The position numbers were made by a program, and so were the translations under genes. A DNA stretch of 64,000 bases, taken from contig NC_045696.1 of assembly GCF_009834535.1 (NCBI RefSeq), positions 99,946,001 through 100,010,000 of the forward strand. Direction: 5' to 3'. The notes beneath the pieces are model-generated. The model had not been told where the DNA came from. It did not search any database and saw only the letters and a list, made by a program, of their open reading frames with translations. Origin of the DNA: Camelus ferus (Eukaryota). Position 1 is the stretch's first letter, and each line of letters begins with the position of its first letter. Of the stretch, positions 53,002-64,000 are shown piece after piece.

Positions 53002-54389
53002 GTAACTTCAAATACATAAAAGACTCATAAAATATAAAACTGTGCTTCCAGTTTACTTAATGAGACTAACAATTGACTAATTCACAAAAGTCTGAATGGT
53101 AAAACAACATTTTTTGCTAACAAATTACTCTATTTCTTCTAGGTAAGGTTTACTTTTACAGTAAAAGACACATGTCTTAGGAAATTGTGTTTTCTATCAT
53201 CTTGAATATAATCTGCAATAATACCAATAGCAAACCTTTATTAAGCACTATTTTCCAGGCTTTGTTCCTAAGCAGAATATATGTGTTAACTCAGTTAATC
53301 CTTTAGAAACTCTGTGATGTGTAGTTGTTATAATTATCATCGTTTTACAGAAGAGAAACTGAGGCCTAGTGAGATTACATAATTTGCTCAGCATCAAAAT
53401 GCAGAGGAAGTGGGAATGGCTTTTTACTTCTGGAACCTTGGTTCTGGATCCTGTGCCCTTTAATCCCAACACTGAATAATTTCCTAGGAGTTAGAAACAA
53501 ACATCAAATAAAACTGTTCAATTTCAACAAGTGGTACCAAAATGGAGTAATGTTTTGTGTAGAATATGGCTCAACATCTTATTATACTTAATAAAATTAC
53601 ATTTTATGTTGCTTTTATTCTTTTGAAGACTCAGTTTTATAAACGCAACCATAAGGTCAAAAAAAGTCCTGGATTTTAAGGTGCTACATGATAGCTTATC
53701 TCAGCAAAGTGAGTTTTTACATTTCTTTGATGTTAGAAATCTCATAGGTAAAGTAAGACTATGAAGTCCTATGTGTTAAAACGATACAAAAATAAATATT
53801 CCCATGCTATCCAACCACTTTTCAAAAACTGAGCTGTGTCCCTTGCACTCTCTACACTAATTTAATATCCCAAAATGCACCTGGGCATTATAATTTTCAA
53901 GAAGTTTATCAGTTCACATATTCTCCAAGAAATACCCTAAATAGATTTTCTTTAAAAAAAATCAAGGACTTACAAAATATGTAGGGAAAATTATTGCTTA
54001 CTACAAATGATGATATCAAGTACATGAAAAAGAAAAATTTTGAGATTTATAGTAAAAAATGCCTTTAAATGGATAAATTTTTAAAAATATTTCCTAAACC
54101 CCTTCTAGAAAGAACAGTGTGTTCTTATTCTTAAAGGGGTTTTAGTGTAAGTCAATTTTATTTCACTTGAATTTGCCCACAGGAATAGTGAACATATTCA
54201 ATATGTATTTTTTCATTTATAAATACATTAAATTTCCTTTTACACCAAAGATATAAACTATGATTTAATATTGACAATATTGATAATTACTTATATGCAT
54301 TCTTGAAAACATAAAAATGTATCTTAATTTGGTTGGCTTTAAAAAACATGATATATGCTTATAGCTCAATCTTTTGTTTGCTCTAATAG

Positions 54390-54432
54390 ATAGATCAGAT
54401 TCAGATTCATCAGCAAATTGAACTTACAGAAG
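54390..54432 (+). CDS. PLSCR2: Copy B exon 5 (43 nt)
   Basis: aatag|ATAGATCAG...ACAGAAG|gtatgt; encodes IDQIQIHQQIELTE(V). Confidence 0.92.
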
Positions 54433-55503
54433 GTATGTATTCATTGTATTCATTCTATTTCTAGAAAGAGGGGATGTTTATATACATAAAGGCACATCAC
54501 CAACCACCAATATAACACTTTCAGTGATGTCGGAGAGTTAAACCTGGCTATTTACAAATGTCTGTCTTTGTGATAATGAATTGATGAGGATTATCAGTAG
54601 CTCATTTCTGGAAATTAGGAGTCGAGTGGTAAAATACTATTACTCTAGTAACTGTCTTCAAGTTAAAAACCCCAACTCAGAAGGAAAACAATCAAATTTA
54701 CTTTTGTTCCCTTTTTTCTCTAGAAATCACTTCAGGGAATCTATCACATTACCTGATTTCTATACTTCAGCTATTTTCTCCCAGTTTGTGATAACCTTGA
54801 GATTGGCACAGAGCCACAGGCAATAGTTCATGTTAACTTAGTACCACGTACTTACAGTTACCTTAGTATGTTTCCAAAGAGAGTCAACTTACTGCATTTG
54901 GATGGGTGCCCATCTCCCACTTCTGAACATACAATGCTGAGCATTCTACCTCACCTCCATTTCCTCTCCCTCCCTCTTCACACGTGTGCATTGTGCGTAA
55001 GCCCTGTCATAACCTTCCTCACACAGTGCAGAATGATAAGCCATGGCTATGGTTTACAAAACAAAATCTCAAGCCAGTTTATTTAGTGTCATCTTATAAG
55101 GAGCATAAACAGAGCAATCATCCTGTATTCTCCTCCACACTTGAACACACGAACAAGGAGACATGTTCTGCATACACTTAGCACAGCTCCGGCCCTCTGC
55201 AGCTTCGCACCAGCCCTCACAGCAGAGTCTCCGTTTCTGACATGGGCCTATGCAATTAGGAATATACAGGTTATTTTCTTGTCCATGCCTCACATAAATC
55301 ATCTTAATTTCTCTGTAGCTTAATTTCCCCTCCTCTTTCTCTCTCTTTCCCTTTTTTCTCTGACTAGATCATCTCTAAACCCCTTTCCTTCTTCCTCCTT
55401 ATGTGACATGAAGTATCATCTAAAGTAATATCTGAAAAATTTTTGAATCTAATCTATATTTTTAACATTATGTTGATTATGATTTTATCTTCTACATTTT
55501 CAG

Positions 55504-55724
55504 TCATAATACGTATTGAAACAAATAACAAATATGAAATTAAGAACAGCCTTGGACAGAGGATTTACTTTGCAGCAGAGGATACTGATTGCTGTACCCG
55601 ATATTTTTGTGGGGCTTTTAGGCCTTTTACCATGAGGATCCTTGACCTTATAGGCCGAGAGGTCATAACTCTGGAGAGACCACTAAGGATTAACTGGCTT
55701 TGTTTCCCCTGCTGCCTGCAGGAG
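55504..55724 (+). CDS. PLSCR2: Copy B exon 6 (221 nt)
   Basis: ttttcag|TCATAATACG...CAGGAG|gtcggt; encodes (V)[73 protein letters not shown]. Confidence 0.93.
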
Positions 55725-57139
55725 GTCGGTGAGTGGTTACCAGGGTACTTTGCAAAGTAGTTCTGTAAGAATTTTACCCTCTTGTTGAATTTATATAATC
55801 AAACTGAGATCTAAAGGAAAAGTGGTCCACAAGCTATTGGTTTATACCTGAGAGTAAACTGTACAGGAAGGAAGGCAGGTGGAAAAGAGTGAGCACTTAG
55901 CCCCCTGTCCCTGAGTAGGGCACCTCCTGGGGGTGAGATCAGAGATCTCAGAGACCAGACTCCTCGATCTTCAGGGAGAGCTAAGCAGGTAGGGCACCTC
56001 GGTCAAGTCCCTCTCCCAAAATGACCATGAGGGCCTGGCCAAAGCCAGAGGAGGGCACCATGGAGATACCCTCGAATGCCATCCCAGAGGCAAGTGGACA
56101 GGAGAATGAGGAAAAGGACAGATGTGTTCATCTCACAATTTTAGCCAACCTACAAGGAGCAAACCTAGGAGAAGGCCCCCTGAGAAATCTCAACTCCTGT
56201 GTTTTTCAGTTCTCCATTGGAAAAAAGTAACATATTTGAGTCCCTGTAATAGGGATATGCTAGTTGTGAGGACCTTCAGCTCTATGAGGTCCAGCGGTCT
56301 CTTTCATGTTACTTGACAGCCTGGCAGAGAACATGGATCTCAGGAAGACGCCAGGCAGAGTGTTTACAGGACATTGGCCTCTGCCTAGATCCCACGGGCC
56401 TGAGCCCAGCCCTGCCTGTCACTCAGCCATCCATACAGGCAGCTGTGAGGGCAGGACAGACATGCAAGCACATAGATATCTGACGTCTAATACTGTACTT
56501 ATTTTGAAAGGAAAATTGACCTTATTCATACCGAATTGTTTTGTTTTCCATGTCGTTTAGTTTAGATAGAATAATATTCATAAGAATAAGTGAGGAAAAA
56601 CTAAGCGTTTGACAGAATATTCTCTAAAATTTATAGAGCATATTAGCATACATTATATTATTGATCTCAATAAACAGTCCTAGGAGGTCCTTAGTTAGGA
56701 TAAGCATACTGGGATGGTCTCAAAGTGGCCCAACGATATAGCAGAACCAACACTCCAGGCTCCATTTCTTTCCATCACAGCACCACTGCCACTCATATTT
56801 GAAAACTGCCCCAGTGATCAGAGCTCTGTCCGTACATGTAAACCACCGTTTTTAAAGGAGTTTAAGAAAAGAGCTTTTAATTATTTAGATATTTTTCATG
56901 TAAGTATGAAAATTTAAAAAATATGAGGCCAGTGGAGCAGTGCTTCAGTGTAGAGACTGTGCACGTAGCTTCCCCAAGTTTGTGTCTCATCTCTCCCACT
57001 GTGCTGCTGGGGAATCTGATACAAGTTAATTAACCTCTCTGTTCCTCCGTTATTTCCTCTATAAATAGGAATAACAGAGCCAACCTGCTAAGGATGTAGT
57101 GTGAATTAAGTGGTGCGTAAAACAATATCTTGCCCTTAG

Positions 57140-57579
57140 AAAGTGGGCAAAGGACCAGAATAGACATGATTTGAAAGAAGACATACAAATGGCCAACAGA
57201 TATATGAAAAGCTACTCAACATTATTAATCATCAGAAAAATGCAAATCAAAACCACAATGATGTACCACATCACACCTGTTAGAATGGATCTTTTTAAAA
57301 GACAAAAAATGTATGTTGCAAGGATGTAGAGTAAAGGGAACCTTTATACACTCTTGTAGGAATGTAAATTTGTACAGCCACTTTAGAAAACAGTAGAATT
57401 TCCTCAGATAACTGAAAGAGAACAGTTATATGATCCAGCAATACTAATTCTGTTACATACCCAATGGAAGTCAAATCAGGCTTTCAAAGGTATTTCCATT
57501 CCATGTTAACTGCAGCTTTACTCACAATAGTGAAGATATGGAGAAAACCTAAGTGTTTGTTGACAGATGAAGGGATAAA

Positions 57580-57632
<53 letters not shown>

Positions 57633-58420
57633 ACATTTATATTTATATATATCACATTTATATTTATATATACATTTATATATATATTCAGCAAAAAAAG
57701 GGAAGGAAATTCTGCCATTGTGACAATATGCATGTACCTGGAGGGTGTTATGCCATGTGAAATAGACAGAGAAATACAATATACTATGGTATCATTTAAA
57801 TGTGAAATCTGAAAAAAAACTAACTCATAAAAACAGAGATTAGAATGGTGGTTGCAAGGGATGGAGGGGTGGGAGAAATGGGGAGATTCTGGTCATCAGT
57901 ACAAACTTTCAGTTATAAAATAAATAATTTCTGGGGACCTGATGTATATTACGATGACTAGTTAATACTACAGTTGATGCTTGAACAACTTGGGTTTGAA
58001 CTTCATGAGTCCACTTACACGTGGCTCTGTCAGTAAATACACGCGGCAGCACTACAGTACTACACAATCTCTGGTTGGCTGAATCCGCAGATGCAGAACC
58101 TTGGATATGGAGGGCCAGCTGTAAAGGCTGATTTTTGAGTGTGCGGTGGGGGCGGGTTATGGGGACGGCCAGAGAGGAGTCAGTGCCCCTAACCCCTGCA
58201 TTGTTCAAGGGTCATCTGTATGCTCTACACTTGAAATTTGCTGAGAGTAGACTTCAAATATTCACATCAAAAAAAAGAAGTGACTCTTTCAGATGATGGA
58301 TGTGCTAATTTGATTGTGGTATCATTTCAAAATGTACATGTGTATCAAATCGTCACACAGTACACTTGAAATATATTATAATTTATTTGTTAATTATACT
58401 TCAGTAGACCTGGAAAAAAA
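57140..58420 (+). mobile_element. L1MA-like 3' end specific to copy B (intron 6), with internal (TA)n at about 57583-57690
   Basis: gaagacatacaaatggccaacag...atgcaaatcaaaaccacaatg...tgatccagcaat...gatgatggatgtgctaatttgattgtgg...ctggaaaaaaa. The flanks rejoin the MIR that is intact in copy A. Confidence 0.9.
57971..58218. mobile_element. Tigger2-family (TcMar) MITE nested in the L1
   Basis: TIRs CAGTTGATGCTTGAACAA and TTGTTCAAGGGTCATCTG, with TA target duplications at 57969-57970 and 58219-58220. Confidence 0.88.
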
Positions 58421-58530
58421 GAACATGCCAATTTCAAAAAGTATACAGTAAATGAGAGTTCTTATTAGATACATGATAATGAAGATGATGATGATAATGA
58501 TATATTACATTTATTCTTTTGCTTTTATAG

Positions 58531-58692
58531 ATAGAAATCCACGCTCCTCCTGGGATACCAATAGGTTATGTTACTCAGATCAGGCACCTATTTCTGCCAA
58601 AGTTTAGAATTCAAAATGAGAAGAGAAAGGATATACTAAGAATTACTGGTCCATGTTTCATGTGCAGCTTTTGTGGAGATGTTGATTTTGAG
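58531..58692 (+). CDS. PLSCR2: Copy B exon 7 (162 nt)
   Basis: ttatag|ATAGAAATC...TTTGAG|gtaaga; encodes IEIHAPPGIPIGYVTQIRHLFLPKFRIQNEKRKDILRITGPCFMCSFCGDVDFE. Confidence 0.93.
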
Positions 58693-61600
58693 GTAAGAGA
58701 TGTGATAGCTTTTGTAAGATTGGCTCTCCTAAAATAAGGATATTATAATTTTGTAAGATGTTACAAATACATTAAAATACATATTTGTATAATGATCTCA
58801 AAAGGAAGGTAATGTGCTCATATATTTAACTTTCACTAGAGATGTGGTTTTTGCTCGTATTAAACATCAGTGTTAATCCTTCTAAATGTGAAAAAAGAAA
58901 AAAGTGTTATAGTCAAATAAATATAAGCAAAACGTCTAACATTTAAACATGGTGTTTTCTGTATGTACTGTGTATTTTATCTATTTCAATTAGAACACTA
59001 ATATTGTCTTCCATGTCTGATTGCCAAAGCATATGGTCCTTCCTTAGTCTGAAATACAGGCTGCCAGTGATCTAGGCCCTCTATAGAAGCTCTAACATCT
59101 TTGAGTTCCTACAGAAAGCTCACTTATGCAAAGAGAATTTTAACAAAGATAATGTAAGATGCACTACCATTTGTGCTTCTTTATGGCATCTCTTTTATCT
59201 CTGTATTAAATTGATCTCTATAAACCACAATCTATCAGTATATTTATTACATAGAGGAGTTTCATCACAGCAGTTTTCCAACAGATGGGGCCTAACCCAT
59301 AACCCAAAGTGTTTAGTCACAAATGTTTAAAGGTTGAGACATTTTATTGCTTCATCTTGGTATCATGATTCTCTTGGAAAATCATAAAATCTGTTAAACT
59401 GGACACTCATTTTCACAGATGGGGCAAAAATCTAAAACTGAGCAGGGACGCCCCCTTATGATAAGCCATGAGAACTCTGCCACTGTCCCCTGACTTCCTA
59501 AGGTTTCCCACTACCCAGCATCTTTCTTTCACGTTATCTGCCTGGATTCCCTAGTCATATGGTTTTAGAGTTTGGCTATATGAAGATGAGTCACTCCCCT
59601 TATAGATTTCAGAGATGGGTAATTCTAGGAAATATATATATAATGTAGAGAGATTTTATAAAGCTGTTTTATAGGAATATATATAATATGTGTGTAATAG
59701 GTTCATATAAGAAATTTGTATAAAAGTATATAAACAATAATACTTCTCCATGTAGAAGATGGCATATCTAACAAGACTTCAGAAGAATGGAAAGATAATT
59801 ATTCATTTAGGGAATAATATTAACAGAGGTTTAGATAGCATATATTCTGTTTGGGTAAAGTTGGTGAAAACACTGGAAAAGTGTTGTGAAACTCTAATAT
59901 TTAATGCTAAGGAATTTAGATTTTATCCAGCAACCTTTATCAATGGATGCTTTAATTCATATATAGTGAGTTAACTTCTCATCTGTACTTCTAGAATGAT
60001 GCTAACTAAGCACCATCTTTCAGAGAATGAGAAATAGTCATTTAAATCAACTTCTGATGGAAAGTTGGACACCTTAAAGTAGGATTTATCAGTATGGGGG
60101 TTAACTGTGGAACATGTACTCCATCACGATGTCAATGGTCATGGAAACTTGGAGTAGAAAAGAGAACACCCTGAATATGAAGGAGGAGGTGCCATTCTAA
60201 AGGAGAAAATAATTTGGAGATATTTTGTAAGTGCACTGAGTGGAACTGATTCATGGATTTGACGAGTGTTGAAGATGGAAGAAAATTTGAAGATGATTCT
60301 GATGTCTGACATTTAGGAAACTGAATGAATAATGATGTAATTGGCCAAAATAAGAGTATTGGAGGAGAAACAGTTGATCTATGGGAAGCTAATGATTTGT
60401 ATTTGAGTAATGTTGGATTTTAGGTATGTAGAGGAAAAGATTGAGGAGTTTTCAGCATACAGATGGTAGTTAAAGCCATGAGTGAGTAGAAGAATATATA
60501 TAGTTATATATATATACATAGTTAGGTATGTTTATGTTCATAACTTCTGATTCTTTAGTCTTAAGTATGAAAGTCCTCCCCAAACCTTATATTTTATCTA
60601 CTATTTTTTAATCTTCTTATATTTAAATCTTTAACTCACTAGGAAATGTATTAGTACAAGATAGGAGCAAACTTTATTTTCTTTCAACAGCTAGACAGTG
60701 TGTCATCAGAATTTATTAAGTAAACTATTCACTCCTTGCTGAATTAAAATACTATCCTTACCATACATTGAATTCCCACAAGTAACAGAATCTGTTTCTA
60801 GACTCTCTCCTCCGTTGCACTGACCTAACAATCTGCTTTCACAACAGTGCCTTATGATATGAGTATGGTGACTTAATGATATGTCATCCATCAAGTCAGA
60901 GCAAAATGATCACTCAGTATTCTTCATTTATCATATTTTATTGCTATTGTCTAATGTTTCCTTTCACATGGATATTAAGGTCATTTTGTTTAATTTTTTA
61001 GAAGGTAGACTCTAAGTATTGTGTGAAATCTATTTATCATTTTTTTTTTGAAATTAACATATTTATGGTGCTAAACCTGATCCATCCAAGAAGTTTTATG
61101 TCTTTCATTCATATCTTATTTTGTATTCTTTGTAAGACCACATAGGTTTCTTCATATAAAACCTCTACTTTTTTTGTTGTTTATTTGTAATTTATACCAT
61201 TATCACTGTTAAAAGGTAATATTTATATTTTGAGGTGCTTATTATAAATAGTGAGAAAAGCTATTTTTCTTTACCTTTAATTCAGTCATATGACTGTATT
61301 TTAATATTAAATGTAGGTGTTTCAGCTTTATTTACTTAGTTTTGTTAGGTATAAAATCACAGTGCAAATGAGATTATGATAGTTCATATGCTGTTTATAT
61401 ACCAGTGGGCTCATTTTTTTCCAGCCTAACTACAGATCAAAAATAATAATAATGATGATGACAATAGAGGGAATAGCTACCAATTTGATCATTTCAGTTG
61501 AAATAGTAGCAAATATTATAATATAGGAAGATATTGCTACTGTGTTTCATACCATTTTTCTATTCCTATGTTACCTAGCACAGAAATCAGCAAACCTTTT

Positions 61601-62329
61601 TTTTTTTTTTGGAGAGAGCCATATAGAATGTATTTAAGGTTTTGTGGTCCATAGAGTCATCGTGGCAACAGTTCTACCATTATAGCATGAAAGTAGTCAA
61701 AGACAATACATAAATGAATGGATATATTTGTGTGCTAATAAATCTTTATTTAAAAAAAAAAAGAAGCTGACAGATCGGGTCATTGATCATTATTTCCTGA
61801 CTCTTAAGTAATAATTTTATTAAAAATTGATACTTAACTTTTTAAAAGTCAGAGCATCGTAATGGTCAGGGGTACAGACTCTGGAGCCAGAATGCCTTGG
61901 TTTGAAACCCACCTCCATGATTTCTTATCTGTGCAATGTAGACAAATTAGCTAACCTTTCTTTGCTTTAATTTTCTCATATAAACATTGTATACAGTAAA
62001 ACTACGTATTATGCAAGGCTATGAGCATTAAATTATCTAACAATTGTAAAACTTTTGTATGCCATGAATATACTAAATGTTATATATTGTATTAGTTAAA
62101 AAATGTTTTCAGCAGCATTAATATGATGATTTGTTTATAATTTATCTTTTTTTAGTATTTTATCCTTTATTACAGTATATTCTTTTGATACTTACCTAGG
62201 TTGCTAGTGTTCTATTTGGATTTTTTTTATTTATCTTTACATTGTAGGTAAAATTATAGTTTTCCTTTTAGAATGTATTTATCAAATATTGGTATTAAAT
62301 TTTTAGATTTATCAATTTAATTCAAATAT

Positions 62330-63245
62330 ACCACAATTCTATTTTTTATCCACATGTCTGATACAAAATGTATGTTTTTTTTTTTTTTCTCTATGAAACA
62401 GTTCTCCAGTTCTCCAGACACCAACTGGGTGTGCAACTCAATTAAATTCTGACACTAACTAATTGGAGTTGATGCAGACCCCAAAGCTTAAGGGCTCAGT
62501 CTCACTAGACTACGCCCACTTCAGATGCTAATTACAAGTCCCAACCTCCTGCACTTCTGACCTACTGGCTATAAATTAGGGATGCCAATGACCCCCTCCT
62601 TAGGCTCAGTAATTTGCTAGGATAATCACAGAACTCAGAACACACTTTACTCATGTTTATAGGTTTTTATAAAGGATATTATAAGATACAGATGAAGAGG
62701 AAGTTAAAGAATTACATAGGGACGGTCTGGAAGGGCCCTGAGTACAGGAGCTTCTGTCACCATGGAGTTGTGCTATACCACCCTCCCAGCACATGGATAT
62801 GTTCACCAACCTGGATGGTCTCCAAACACTGTTGTTTAGAGTATTTATGGAAGTTTTATTACATATGCATGATTTATTATATCACTGGCCACTGGAGATT
62901 AAGTCAGTCTCTAGCCTCTGTCTCCTCCCCAGAGGTCAAGGGAAGGGCTCAGAGTGCCAAGTTTCTAATCATTGCTTGGACTTTCTGGTAACCAGCCCCC
63001 AAGCTGAAACTGTCAGGGGCCCACAGCCACCAGTCATCTCATTAGCCCACAAAACTTTTATCACTCAAGAGATTCCAAAAATGTTAGCATCTATGTGCCA
63101 GGAACCTGGGACAAAGACCACATATTGTGACAAAAGACTCTCTTACAATCCCTATTAATCAGAAAATTACAACAGTTTTAACAGATGTATGTCAGGAACC
63201 AGGGACGAAGACTAAATATGTATTTCTTCTTGTGTCACAAATACC
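62330..63245 (-). mobile_element. MER21-like LTR specific to copy B (intron 7)
   Basis: gacaccaactgggtgt...aattctgacactaacta...agggctcagtctcac...gtaatttgctagga...cacagaactcag. Absent at the matching copy A site (about 11945). Confidence 0.7.
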
Positions 63246-64000
63246 AATAAATAATTTCCAGGTTGAATTAAGTTTATTACAAAAATTTTCTCCTTCAAAA
63301 TTCAGCTAAAAAATACTTGGTCCTGATAACTTTTCAGTTTCGAATCATTATTCATATTTTTGATGCTTCTCATTAAAAATCACATTTTATATTTCTTGCA
63401 TGAGTTTTAGTACAGTTTAAAAGTTCTTGCTTTAGGAATCAAAAAGGGGAACTGTTAATATCTATTAGTGAGATTATGGTGGCAGGTAAGTTATTGTCTG
63501 TATTTTTTTTAATTTTTAAAATATTCAAAAATTAAAAATAAAATTTAAAAAGATTTATTTACTAGCTACATATGCTTAAATGACAGCTATTATCTGATGG
63601 AGCACTAAAGTGTACAAGAGATTTGCATTAATCTGTTTTGCCACCATAATGTTGCATAACATATAACCCCTAAAGCTCAGTGGCTTAAAAAAATAAGCAT
63701 TTATTCTCCTGTTTATGGGTCTGCAAGTCAACTGTATCTGGGGGATATACCTGGGCTCAACCAGATGGCTCTGATTTAAGGCTGCCAGTGGTCTCAGGTC
63801 TGCTCCTGGTATGTTCATTCTGGAGCTGTAGCAACAGCAGCTGCCTGGATCATTCTTCTCTGGTGGCTGATCGCTGGAGACCAAGACTCAAGGCCAAACC
63901 ACTCAGCCTTGTTTAAGGTCTCTGCTCATGTCACATCCACTAACACTCTGTCAGTCAAACAAGGCACATGGCCAAGCCTAATTTCAATGTGCAGGGAAGG

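Larger units (their letters stand above)
44311..64000 (+). other. PLSCR2: Phospholipid scramblase paralogue, copy B (PLSCR2 position; 3'-partial, exons 2-7 visible)
   Basis: Six in-frame GT-AG coding exons (13+81+350+43+221+162 = 870 nt, 290 aa, no stop). It lies downstream of and on the same strand as the PLSCR1-like copy, as PLSCR2 does in human. PGHIGYP and DYLVLPAG resemble the recalled long human PLSCR2 isoform. The window end aligns to copy A at about 12774, so exon 8 should be about 1 kb further on. Confidence 0.75.
51000..64000 (+). repeat. Direct segmental duplicate of about 1-12774 (tandem gene duplication)
   Basis: Colinear similarity of exons, introns and embedded old repeats, with copy-specific indels. 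For example, copy A about 3088-4718 is absent at about 54905, and about 51480-52200 is absent from copy A. Confidence 0.95.

Noticed and set aside
44324..58692. Copy B as a pseudogene
   Set aside because: All six visible coding exons are open, phase-compatible and GT-AG. It cannot be fully excluded because exons 8-9 are outside the window.

Overview
Mammalian genomic DNA (AT-rich, spliceosomal GT-AG introns, dense in MIR/L2/L1/MaLR/ERVL/hAT/Tigger repeats). The young L1 tails look cetartiodactyl, possibly camelid; this is tentative. The window holds two tandem, same-strand (+) phospholipid scramblase paralogues. Copy A (PLSCR1-like) shows its last six coding exons at 1026-16389, ending ...FFENTRGEQRSGVW*, plus a 3' UTR to about 17.34 kb; its 5' exons lie upstream of the window. 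Copy B (PLSCR2-position paralogue) shows a CpG-rich promoter at about 40.4-41.0 kb, a 26-nt start exon (ATG at 44324) and six in-frame coding exons up to 58692; its last two exons lie beyond the window end. Exon numbers follow human PLSCR1. The duplication looks old: background intron identity is roughly 70-80% by eye, and copy B alone carries a nested L1/Tigger insertion and an LTR. Even so, the copies share a patchwork of about 95-99% identical tracts, consistent with interlocus gene conversion. Exon 6 is about five times more divergent than the intron next to it, and most coding differences change amino acids. Copy B has swapped four cysteines for bulky hydrophobic residues and carries an expanded 21/42-bp repeat in its N-terminus. 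I found no prokaryote-type system (CRISPR etc.). The most interesting signal is a diversifying PLSCR1-family paralogue pair. Identities were counted by hand and repeat family names come from recalled consensus sequences; neither was computed.
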